DNA of 64,000 nt. Origin: the human T2T-CHM13v2.0 reference genome, Homo sapiens. Location of the stretch: assembly GCF_009914755.1 (NCBI RefSeq), contig NC_060939.1. One strand, given 5' to 3'. Below, one piece after another: positions 52,334-64,000 of the stretch. The notes below the pieces were generated by a model. It made no database searches. It saw only the letters and a program-made list of their open reading frames with translations, and was not told where the DNA came from. The number at the start of each line of letters is the position of its first letter. Position 1 is the stretch's first letter. The position numbers and the translations under genes were made by a program.

Positions 52334-53549
52334 ATTCTGACTGGTGTGAGATGATAGCTCATTGTGGTTTTGATTTGCATTTCTCTAATGACCAGTGACG
52401 ATGAGCTTTTTTTTCATGTTTGTTGGCTGCATAAATGTCTTCTTTGAGAAGTGTCCATTCGCATCCTTTGCCCACTTTTTGATGGGGTTGTTTGTTTTTT
52501 TCTTGTAAATCTGTTTAAGTTTTTTGTAGATTCTGGATATTAGTCCTTTGTCAGATGGATAGATTGCAAAAATTTTCTCCCATTCTGTAGGTTGCCTGTT
52601 CACTCTGATGATAGTTTCTTTTGCTGTGCAGAAGCTCTTTAGTTTAATAAGATCCCATTTGTCTATTTTGACTTCTGTTGCCATTGCTTTTGGTGTTTTA
52701 GTCATGAAGTCTTTGCCCATGCCAATGTCCTGAATGGCATCGCCTAGGTTTTCTTTTAGGGTTTGTATGGGCTTAGGCCTTACACTTAAGTTTTTAATCT
52801 ATCTTGAGTTAATTTTTGTGTAAGATGTAAGGAAGGGATCCAGTTTCAGCTTTCTGCATATGTGATCACTAAAAAGTCAGAAAACAACAGATGCTGGAGA
52901 GGATGTGGAGAAATAGGAATGCTTTTACACTGTTGGTGGGAGTGTAAATTAGTTCCACCATTGTGGAAGACAGTGTGGTGATTCCTCAAGGATCTAGAAC
53001 TAGAAATACCATTTGACCCAGTGATCCCATTACTGGGTATACACCCAAAGGATTATACATCATTCTACTATAAAGACACATGCACAAGTATGTTTATTGC
53101 AGCACTGTTCAAAATAGCAAAGACTTGGAACTAAACCAAATGCCCATCAATGATAGACTGAATACAGAAAATGTGGCACATATACACCATGGAATACTAT
53201 GCAGCCATAAAAAAGGATGAGTTCATGTCCTTTTCAGGGACATAGATGAGGCTGGAAACCATCATTCTCGGCAAACTAACACAAGAACAAAAAACCAAAC
53301 ACCGCATGTTGGCTCACTCATCAGTGGGAGTTGAACAATGAGAACACATGGACACATGGAGGGCAACATTGCACACTGGGGGCTTTTCAGGGGTGGGGGG
53401 CTAGGGGAGGGATAGCATTGGGAGAAATACCTAATGTAGATGATTGGTTGATGGGTGCAGCAAATCACCATGGCACGTGTATACCTATGTAACAAACCTG
53501 CACGTTCTGCACATGTATCCCAGAACCTAAAGTATATATATCTATAAAA
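52334..53549. mobile_element. 5'-inverted (twin-primed) L1PA: antisense ~52334-52862, sense ~52863-53549; TSD AGAAATGCAGAATCTC; inserted in a MER5-like element
   Basis: ORF2 C-terminal peptide [15 protein letters not shown] on minus; the two segments are contiguous in L1; 16-bp TSD. Confidence 0.92.
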
Positions 53550-53861
53550 AGAAATGCAGAATCTCATGCCCCTCTGACTCAATAAGCATTTTAAAAAGTC
53601 TATCAGTATTTTGCATCACTTTGTTCCTCCAAGCCTTGGCCCAACACCTAGCACATAAGATGAAGTTTTGGGTGATGAATGAATATGCTAAAAAATAAGA
53701 GTGAAGGAATATATGAAAGGAGGGAAAGAACACCATGGGAAAGTGAAAATATATCATACTATGATATTTGAGTATTAGATCCTGACAATTTAGTTTCAAC
53801 ACTTTTGGTTTTGTATGATATGAGGAAATAGTGTTCACTTTGTCGGTATTAAGCTCATAGG

Positions 53862-54269
53862 TGTTAAAGCAAACTAAATATGGCCTGAGAAGGACTTGTA
53901 CTTCCATATTTGAATCCTTGTGGATGAACTGTAACCTAGCTTAATAGGCAGACAAAATTGAAAACCTAACTTACGAGTATGCACCTGCAACAAATAGCTA
54001 AGTCTTAGCCAATCTCAGTGGCCATACTTCAATCATTAATACACTGATGAGGCAAATGCCAATCTGTAACCAATGCAGCTGTTCCTGTAACTCACTGCTG
54101 ATTTCTGTATGTCATTTCCCTTTTGTTTGTCTATAAATTTACCACCACATGGCTGTGCTGGAGCCTCTGTGAATCTGCTGTGATTCTGGGGGCTGCCTGA
54201 TTTGTGAATCATTCATTGCTCAATTCAACTCCTTTAAATTTAATTCAGCTGAAGTTTTTTCTTTTATCA
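53862..54269 (+). mobile_element. Solo LTR, MER57-type (ERV1)
   Basis: TGTTAAAGCAAACTAAATATGGCCTGAGAAGGAC...CCAAT boxes, TATAAA...TTTTATCA; TG..CA ends. Confidence 0.8.
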
Positions 54270-55909
54270 TATGTCTGGAAAAATCCTATAAGAGTAATGT
54301 AAACAGCATTTGGTTTCCAGGGTGGGATGCAGTTCCAGGAGAAAGGATACCATTCATTTCTTCTGAACGCCTTCAAGAGACATGTGAATGATAAATGTGC
54401 CTGATAACATCTCAGGCACGTTTGTGTTATGAGAGGAAACTAAGGAAAATCTGAAAGTTTCTTGGGTGTATAAATAGAGATGGCTGGAAGAAGATGGGGG
54501 AAAGTGAAAGCCATAACTGTTGAGAAAATTAAGCTTGTTGAAATATGCAAATTGGGTCTCGGCTCCATACACGGTTCTGATAGTTAGGACACTGAGACTG
54601 TCTCAAGAAGACAACCTTAAAGGCCTGAGAATCCAGTCTGTTTCCCTCTTCTAGGGCACCTCCTTCCCAGAAATGACACCATTAACACTTTTTAGCACTT
54701 ATGTAAAGGACTGGATCATTTGAAGTTACATGCCACTGTAGGACATTTTCTCTCTGAGTTGTTGGTAGACATTTATACTGTAGAGAAAATTTTGCACAAT
54801 TTAAGTAACTATTTAGAAAATGAAACAAAAAATGGACAAATATGAAAAATATAGAAAAATTATTAATGGCACAGTTCATTTACATCAAATTGTTACTAAT
54901 ACTTTGCTGCATTACTCCTATTTTTTCTACTTCGAATCATATTATGACTAATTTTGAATTCTACTTTTTATTCTATTTTTATCACTTTAATAGCCTATCT
55001 TAAGTCTTTACCCATATTTTGGGATAATCTTTAAAAATATTTACTTTAATACGGGGAAGCATTCTATCATGTACACATACTACAGTTCTTAACAATAATC
55101 TACTGGTGGATGTTTCATTTATTTACATATTCCATTCATTCTCCAGGGCTTATTTTTCAATGAGGAAGCTTGAAGAATTGAGATAGATAAGAGGAAATGT
55201 AAACGTACAAAGTAGAGTATGTCTGAGGGAGGAGTACGAAACCAAGAAGCTGAAACTCTTGTCACACTTTATTTATGTGATGATTTTAGAGCATTGGTCC
55301 TATTGGAAGGACACTGGCAGGGTTCCTAAAACAGCACATGCTGCACTGAAGAGAACCTTGTTTCTTAAATGAGCTCTAGGCAACAAGTACATTTCCTTAG
55401 AACATTTATAGAAAATATGAGATACAACGAATGTCTTCGTGTACCTATGTATTGTTTTTATCTTTAACGATTAGGTGTGCCTATCACGCAATGTTTTTTA
55501 CAGATTTTGCTGTCAAAGGCTCCTCAGTGGCTGCTTCAGCCAGCAGCTAGGACTTCAGGTCAAAGTCCTGTTATGCTGATGCAGCTTCATTTCCTGAAGC
55601 AAGATCACTCCCACTTCACTCTGATGGGAGAGTCTTCTTTCTTTACAACTATTAAGCTAAGATTTTTGAGTTAACATTTTAAAAATATATTTTTCCTTTT
55701 ATTTTTAGTTGACATGTAATAATTATATTTATGAGATATAGAGTACTAGTCCAATACACATAGACAATATGGGGTGATCAAATCAAGGTAATTAGCACAT
55801 CGCCTCATGCATTTAGCACTTCTTTGTCTTGTGAACATTCAAAATCCTCTCTTCTAGCTTTGTAAAAATACACAATAAATTATAGTTAACTATATTCACC
55901 TTACAGTAC

Positions 55910-56478
55910 TACAGAAACATTTAAAACATTATTTCTTGAGATCTTGGTTCTTTAGGTGACTGTTGTGGTGGTGATTAATCAGTATCATGAAAATACTTAT
56001 GTTGTCTATCATAGTATTTCAGAAGACTACAGTTATAGAGCTGGGTGCATACAATTACCAACCACAATGATATGCATTTACATATTTCACCTTTTGACCT
56101 ATTTCTTCATGAATATAGTTCATCTGTTTATAACTCTTATACTTGTGTGACTGTTGATAGAAGGCCTGAATGTTTATGCTTGCAAAAATGTATGTTATTG
56201 CTTATTTTATTGTGTAAGGTGATCTTTGAAGTGTTCTGCTGTGTTTTTATTTTTGTGTTTTTATATGTTACTCAAATAAATACCTTTTAAAAATGTAAAT
56301 AAATATATCTTAAAGAATTTTTAAAATTATTTTTTCCAGAATTAAATTTTCAGGATTTCAGTCTTTTGGGATGGCGATTTTTGGAATTTTAGACTTTAAA
56401 GATTTTGTTCTTTTGATTTTCAACATTCGATTATGGTGTTTGGAACTGTGTCTTTCAAGATTGTGATTGATTCCAAAT
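55910..56478. mobile_element. Ricksha-like (MULE-MuDR) DNA transposon end
   Basis: Repetitive subterminal GGATTTT/GGGAT array ending TTCAACATTCGATTATGGTGTTTGGAACTGTGTCTTTC..GATTGTGAT. Confidence 0.55.
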
Positions 56479-59400
56479 GCAACACAGGGTTAAAGGAAAG
56501 TGGAAAAGACATGAAAAAAATCTGAGCTGTGCCTTATCTGAAGCTGTTGTGTGAGAATTATAGAAACATGTAGAGAGTAGACATCTAAAGTTAGGTTTCT
56601 GTCTGCTGGAATACATGAGTCAACCTCATCTTCCTTGGTCTCCCATTTGAGAAAGTGTTCAGCAAAGAGGAACACAGTGGCGCTCACATCCAAAATTTCT
56701 TAGAAGGCCTTTAAAAGGGTCAGTGTTGGAAGGTAACATTATCAAGTATAGCAGTTATTTGGAGCCCACCCAATAACCATATTGTGGTTACAAGCAGATG
56801 TAAAGGGCACTGCAGTCTTTCCTGATTTAGGAAGCAACGATTACACCTGACTCTTTAGGAGAGTATGTAGCAGACACATTTTGAGCCGTGGCTATCATAC
56901 CCTGGACAGCTCCTCTTGGAGGAGTGGTGACTAAGAGCACGCTGTGTGTACACTCAGTCTTCACTGCTGACCTCCAGTCTCCACCTGCTTCATTTTTAAA
57001 TAAATGTGCCAAGGTTTATTTTTGACCCTTCTGGATCATCCAACATTTCCAAGTGGACTCATCTAGGGATAACAGTGAGAAAGTTTTGGGAAGATCTCAA
57101 AAAGTGTTTCTTAACTGAGATCTTAATTGGTTCAGCCTTTAGGGAAAAAGGGAAAGATGATGAGGCCTGGGTCTAATCTGAATAATCAGTTGACCTTAAG
57201 CCTGAATCAGAATATCAAATATAATTGGAAGCCTTGATATATGTTTTTATACTAACATAGCTATGTTTTCCCACAAAATAGATGATACTGGATTTAGGAC
57301 TGAAAATGTAAGAACAAGGGGTTCTATGAAGTCCAAGGATATAAAGACAGAAGTCAGTTATGGCAAAGAATTTACAAAACGCTTCAAAGGCTTATCTATC
57401 TCTTCCCTTCTTTCTACAATTCTGCACATGTGCCAGCCCCAAGGGTTCTGTACTTATGTTGAGATTTTTGGATCAATATCTGTTTTAGTGGTACTTAACT
57501 TTAAACTATTTGCCCACTTGTTTCATGAATTTGTCATTTTAGTTTCACTTAAGAAGTACATTGTCAAACTATAGTGAATTTGGCGAAGAACAACTAGAGG
57601 GGACTTAGAAGTACGGAAAATGAGTAACAGTAGAAGGAATTGGGATATTTAAATTGGAGAACAAAAAGTTTTATTGAAACAAATGAAGGGTAATTATTTA
57701 ATAAAGAAATTGAATTTGTCCCATTTAATCTCTAAAGTACAGAATTACTATAATTCTATAGGGTGACACATTTTAATTCATCATGGAGACTTACTTTTTA
57801 ACAGAGAAATATATGCAATGATGGAACGAGCTGAAGAACAATACTTTCTATCAGTTGCTTTTGTCAGATATAGGTTGGGAAAGTGGGAGAGGGTATCTAA
57901 GCATCAGATGCAAATTTCTTTCAATCTTGAAATTCCATGATACGATCTAAGATATTTCAAGAAAAAAACCATTCAGGTTGATTTCAACAACATAAAAAAC
58001 TGTAATGGAAAATATTAAGGCTAATTAGAACGTGAAGTTTTATTAACATTGATAACAATAATAATATTTTCTAAGGAACACTAGTTGACAGCAGACAAAG
58101 GGAGGGGGGATGAAATACTGGACTTGTGGTCAGCAAAGTCCCAGGGTTATGCCACAGGACTACAAGTACTCCAACTCTATTAAGGAATAAATTGCTAATT
58201 TTTTTTTTTTCCCTGAAGCAATGTGTGTGGAAGTCTTTCACTTTCTGAGCCAAAACTTGAGGAGCTGACCCTGAGGTGGCAGTTTTCCTGGGGGAGCTGC
58301 TTAGATAGCTTTTCATGCAGGGATAGTCCCTCAATGCATTACCTTTCAGAGGCTATGGCATCAGGCCTCTATCCAGAAGGGGAGGAGGACTAGAGAGCGC
58401 TCAGGGGAGAGGGCGATAAGAGAGAGATTTGCTTGTCTAGGTGATGTTGCTGAGTAGCCCAGTGTGGACTCTGTGTCAGAGAGCTCCAAAGTACAGCAGC
58501 AACTTGGGGTCTTTACAGCCCCAGAATTTATCTTATCTATGGCATTTGAGTTAACAGGATTCAGCTTACTGTAAAGAAGTAAACACCCTAGGGGGGCTAT
58601 ATAAAGAAGCCCTCTTTGGCCCATTTGTCTAACAGATGGTCTCTGAAATTGTTTGCAGTGACTTTTTACCTTTTTTTTTTTTTGCTGTGTTTTTCCAGAT
58701 TTAGACATTTATACTTTCTCTCAAGCTCATGTCATGCCAACAAAAAGTAGAGAATTAAACTAATTAGTCTACACTAAGGTTTCCATTTACAAAAGAGAAT
58801 TTATTTTAATATTATGAAAACAACATGTGCTTATTTTAGAAAAAAATAATAACACAGGAAAGTATAGGAAGTTTAAATCATCCACAATACCATTTCTAAG
58901 ACCATTTCTAGCCTCCTCTGTTTCTCTGTATTTCGTATATTAGATATCTATGTAATTATTTTCAAAATTGGAATCGTAGTGCATGCAGTTTTGTTAATAC
59001 TTTTGTTTAATATATCATGTGTCTTTCCCCATAGCACTACGTGTTCTTTGAAACATGATTCTTAATGAGAACATTATAGTCCATTTTTATCAATGTACTT
59101 TATCCTTCTGTTTGGGGGCACTTATAATTTTATGCAAAATCTCTGTAAATTTGTGAAAATATTCTCAGAAATAGATAACGTGTGTGTATTTTTAAGATGT
59201 TTACCTCGTTTTTGCCCATTTAACTCCGTAGCAAGGTAAGCTGTCATCAGTTGGAGGTAAGCGGAAGACAGTAGAGAGTACAGAGCCCTGGACTGTGACT
59301 CAGAGGATGAGCACCAGATCCAGTTTGCTGTGCCACAGTGGTAAGTCACCTAATCTTTATGTGCTTGGATTCCTCATATGTAATACAGGATCACAACTAT

Positions 59401-61929
59401 TGTTCTCACTCATGCAATACTACTATTGTGAGAACCTCATGAATTAGAGAAACTCTGAATTTGCAATTTAGCTTTAGAACACTGACAAGTAGCTCATTGA
59501 TTCTTGCCTCATTCCTCTGGAATAAAGTAGCTTTTTATCAAACAAGTGAACACATTGCTTTCAGTGGAGGCAGAAGGAATTCATTTTGAAAAATGCACAT
59601 AGCATTCTCCAACCCATTTTTGCATATTCTTTTTTAAGGGAATGCCTTGTGTGAGAGGACTAGCAGGGTATCAGAACTGTTTTTTGAAAGAACTTTGTTT
59701 GCAGGTGCTTTCAAATATGTTGTCTTCAACTATCATTTTCAGTGTAAAAAGCGGGCTTGGAGTAAGCACTGCCTGCAGACCACTTTTGTGAGCCCTCCCT
59801 TCAGTGATGTGATGGCAATCCAGGCCCCTGCTGGGAGAGATTTCTGCCTGGTTAAACCTCTCACAGCTTCTAATCCTCTCTTTCTCATCTGGCTTTCCTT
59901 AGCCTTCTCCAAAGTCACTCACAGAAGGCATCCCACTCAACCTCACCTTGGGGTAAATCAAAATAGTCCTCCTTCTGAAGCTACCGGGTAAAGCGGTGGT
60001 AGCTGTGCAGCTGCTGCTGATCAACAGGCTCCAGAAACAGCAGCAGGAGGTGAGCAGTCCCTGCGTTGGCCACCAAGTGGTAGGTGGCCAGCCCTACCTC
60101 CAAGTTGCACTGTTTACTTATTCATCTTTCATGGTAAAGCCTCCAGTTGCCTATTATGAAATCAGCAATAATCATGTGTCCCCTATCTGGGTCCCTGAAA
60201 AGATGGAAAGAGGCAGATCAGGCTGGTGCTCTGAGAATGACAGACATCAAACAAGAATGAAAAGTGTCACCCTCCTTGGACTTATTCAGTAACTCATGCC
60301 CTTGAGCAAAGGAGGATTTTCTATCAAAGGACATGGATTTCTGTGTCTTTCTCTTGAGATAACATTGCTGGGTGACCACAGAAAGCTGGCTCTGGAAGCA
60401 CAGAAGCTGCCTTTCATTGAGTAATAATGTCTCTTCAAAGGGAGCTGGAGCATGAGTAGTGTACATGCCTCAGATTTCAGTGAAAAGTTCAGAGGAGGCC
60501 TGAGAAGGTCCTGGGAATGAATCATCTAGATGACTCAACCTTGCAAAGCCATCCACCTCATTGTGGATATCATTCAATACATTTGGTGCTCCATCATCCT
60601 ATTTCCATGGCTATTTCCTCACATTTTTCAAAGTCTGTTTCTTGAGCCCTGACTGTGTCAAATAGCATGCCCTGTTATTCTTGGGCTTCCCTCTCTATTC
60701 TAGCATTCAGGGAGATTTCAGAGGCTGGGGTAAATCTCAGACCAAGAAGACGCAATGGTTTTGAGGTAGAGATCCTAGGAATATAGAATTCTGAGCTATG
60801 CAGTGGTCCTTTGCTTTCAGGAAATCAAGTTTGATAGTATCACCTGAAGCATACTTACATTATCCACAAATGACAGCTCCTTACTTGAGCAGTTAAATTG
60901 TGGCAAGTCTTAACACACAGATTCCTCTTAAATGCCACCTAATCCCTGCCTGGCTTCAAGCCTCTGGCTTCCCTTGGAGAGGGGCAGAGTCTCTCTGTGT
61001 GAGAGATTCTTCATTTCTGCTTTCTGCCCTGTCAGTTTCTACTTACTTGCTCTTCCACCTTGTCCACAAGGCTTATCTAGCGGCTGTTTACCTCTGAGCA
61101 GAGAAAATGGAAGTCAGCAGAGACAAGGTTGAAATTTCTCAGGAAGGATTTTTTTTTCCACTTTATCGTGCAGCAAGAGTAAAGCCTTTTTTTCGGTGAT
61201 TCTTTCCTCCACAATGGCCATTGGCTGCCCTCTGTCACACACAGGTGTGACTCCCTTGTTATTAACTGTCAGGTGGGAATTTCTAGGGAAGAAGGAGAGT
61301 GCTTTGTTAACCTCTTAACATCTCCCCAAATTGCATCATATTCTCTCCCTTTTCCCTCCCAGCTACCTTTTCTATTTTTGATTTCCTCTTTTTCAGCCTG
61401 ATTTGGGGATTTCAGTTCCCACTAACTTTGTATAATATCCTCCTATCTCTGAAAGAACAAGTTCCATCTCCATTTTCCAGGAGAGTTTTTTTCCTTGCAG
61501 TAAGAGCACCCCATCATCTCTCCATTTCTACCTCCCCATCCTAGTGCTCCCTTTATGGCAGTACAATTGAAGAGGGACCCACAGTCTTGCTGAAGGAACA
61601 TGACCTTCCTACTGAAGTTGGGATTACGGAATAGAGGGAGAAGAGGAAAGATGGATGTTTATCTGAATGGTCGGATCTTGTTTTCCAGAGGACACAGGCC
61701 AATGGGAAACTTTTGGGAAGGAAGTCAAAAAATCAAAGCCAGAACTGGGTTTTGGTAATTTAATCTCCCAAAGAGAGAAAAGTCCCCATACTCTAATTCA
61801 TATTTTGTTTGACTTGACTGAAGCCCTTTTGAATATTTTTTCTGCTTCTGTTCTGTTCTTGCAATAACAATGACATAAGTTTGCCTTTGGAGACATTAAA
61901 ATAGTTTTCTCATCTCTTGTTCCAAGCAT

Positions 61930-62842
61930 TTATTTTATTTTATTTTTTTGGCGTATTTATTTATTTATTTATTTATTATTACAGTACTTTTAAGTTTTAG
62001 GGTACATGTGCACAATGTGCAGGTTAGTTACATATGTATACATGTGCCATGCTGGTGCGCTGCACCCACTAACTCGTCATCTAGCATTAGGTATATCTCC
62101 CAATGCTATCCCTCCCCGCTCCCCCAACCCACAACAGTCCCCCGAGTGTGATGTTCCCCTTCCTGTGTCCATTTGTTCTCATTGTTCTCACCTATGAGTG
62201 AAAATATGTGGTGTTTGGTTTTTTATTCTTGCAATAGTTTACTGAGAATGATGATTTCCAATTTCATCCATGTCCCTACAAAGGACATCAAGTCATCATT
62301 TTTTATGGCTGCATAGTATTCCATGGTGTATATGTGCCATATTTTCTTAATCCAGTCTATCATTGTTGGACATTTGGGTTGGTTCCAAGTCTTTGCTATT
62401 GTGAATAATGCCGCAATAAACATACGTGTGTGTGTGTCTTTATAGCAGCATGATTTATAGTCCTTTGGGTATATACCCGGTAATGGGATGGCGGGTCAAA
62501 TGGTATTTCTAGTTCTAGATCCCTGAGGAATCGCCACACTGACTTCCACAATGGTTGAACTAGTTTACAGTCCCACCAACAGTGTAAAAGTGTTCCTATT
62601 TCTCCATATCCTCTCCAGCACCTGTTGTTTCCTGACTTTTTAATGATCGCCATTCTAACTGGTGTGAGATGGTATCTCATTGTGGTTTTGATTTGCATTT
62701 CTCTGATGGCCAGTGATGATGAGCATGTTTTCATGTTTCTTTTGGCTGCATAAATGTCTTCTTTTGAGAAGTGTCTGTTCATATCCTTTGCCCACTTTTT
62801 GATGGGGTTGTTAGTTTTTTTCTTGTAAATTTGTTTGAGTTC
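61930..62842 (-). mobile_element. L1PA 3' end (ORF2 C-terminus, 3'UTR, tail), antisense
   Basis: Minus ORF ...[20 protein letters not shown]...[23 protein letters not shown]; T-rich tail at left. Confidence 0.95.
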
Positions 62843-63217
62843 ATGTGGCACATATACACCATGGAATACTATGCAGCCATAAAAAATGATGAGTTCATGT
62901 CCTTTGTAGAGACATGGATGAAGCTGGAAACCATCATTCTCAGCAAACTATCGCAAGGACAAAAAACCAAACACCGCATGTTCTCACTCATAGGTGGGAA
63001 TTGAACAATGAGAACACATGGACACAGGAAGGGGAACATCACACACCGGGGCCTGTTGTGGGGTGGGGGGAGGGGGGAGGGATAGCATTAGGAGATATAC
63101 CTAATGCTAAATGACAAGTTAATGGGTGCAGCACACCAACATGGCACATGTATACATATGGAACACACCTGCAGGTTGTGCACATGTACCCTAAAACAAA
63201 GTATAATAAAAAAAAAG
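62843..63217 (+). mobile_element. L1PA 3' end, sense, directly abutting the antisense copy
   Basis: ATGTGGCACATATACACCATGG...AAGTATAATAAAAAAAAA. Confidence 0.95.
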
Positions 63218-64000
63218 GTAGGTATCAAAAACATAACAATTCAAACCCTCTTTTAATTAAAGTTGGTTCTTGTATTAGTAGTAAGCAGGGAGCTTGGGGG
63301 GAGAGATGTGTACAAGTGTAGATGGGAGGTTCCCAGCTAAAGTTCTTGATTGGGAAGGTTCATTTGATTGTATGACATGTTCCTCCATTCTCTCTGTCTC
63401 TGTCTCTGTCTTTTGTTTTTGTTGTTGTTGTTGCTCTAAGCATCTAGAATGAAAACCACAAGGCCAGGGTTTGCTATCAAGGACCACTCTTTCCTTTGCA
63501 GAAAAAGCTGGTTCTGAGTGAAATAGAAGGACTAGGGTGCCAAATTAACTCCTCTCCACAAAGTGACCCCACATGGAAAAGTACTTGAGAAGCTCTGTAA
63601 AGGCATGGTAAAAGCTTACCAAAGACAGTAGCATTATCCTTTCCCTTACACACAAAGTGGAGGGGAAGTGTGGGTAAGTGGTGTGTCTAAAAGCATTGCT
63701 TTAAATTATGCATCCATTTGTAAACACTAATTTTTTGTTAACTCCATGTTGTTTGTAAATTGAACAAAAAATGCATATTTGTCATGGAAAAATTAGGAAA
63801 TAAAGATATTAGCATAAAAGAGGAAACAACGAATCTTAATTACCCATAATCCCATGACTTCATGTTTGTGTAAGATTATATAATACTATTGTTTCATGAT
63901 CTGCCATTTTCACTCAGTGACATATTTTGCACGTGAAATACGTTTTACATAAATATTTGTATAATTTGACTAGTTATTACCTTAAAACTACTGGAAAGAA

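Noticed and set aside
58590-58612. Isolated TATA-like CTATATAAAG
   Set aside because: No supporting CpG island or exon; may belong to an old LTR I cannot identify.
59640-60300. ORFs of 114 and 98 aa and a donor-like GAG|GTGAGC near 60049
   Set aside because: Non-ATG starts and no protein similarity recognised; could be a lncRNA exon but is unsupported from sequence alone.

Overview
Primate (human or great-ape) genomic DNA from a pericentromeric segmental duplication. From memory, the order NF1 pseudogene - MIR5701 - CT60/LINC01193-type lncRNA 5' end - two OR11J pseudogenes matches the 15q11.2 duplicons; I cannot tell which copy this is. 1-4.3 kb: six exons of an unprocessed NF1 pseudogene on the minus strand (NF1 exons 18-23, legacy 13-18). 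All their GT-AG sites are intact, but they carry a stop and frameshifts. 8.07-11.65 kb: a GC-rich island built as a head-to-head inverted duplication. It has two outward-facing TATA boxes, a mirror-symmetric CCAAT array whose centre is the miR-5701 hairpin, two homologous first exons ending in splice donors, and ~45-bp GC-rich tandem repeats in opposite orientation on each side. 29.3 and 37.8-38.8 kb: two convergent family-11 olfactory receptor pseudogenes; an L1 insertion replaced the C-terminus of the first. The rest is mostly interspersed repeats (Alu, L1, Tigger/MER2, MER33, MER57 LTR, Ricksha), plus an orphan NR2F6 coding fragment and several inverted or tandem duplications. No intact protein-coding gene was found. 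Repeat boundaries are approximate, and family names and reference comparisons come from recalled sequences, not from a search.
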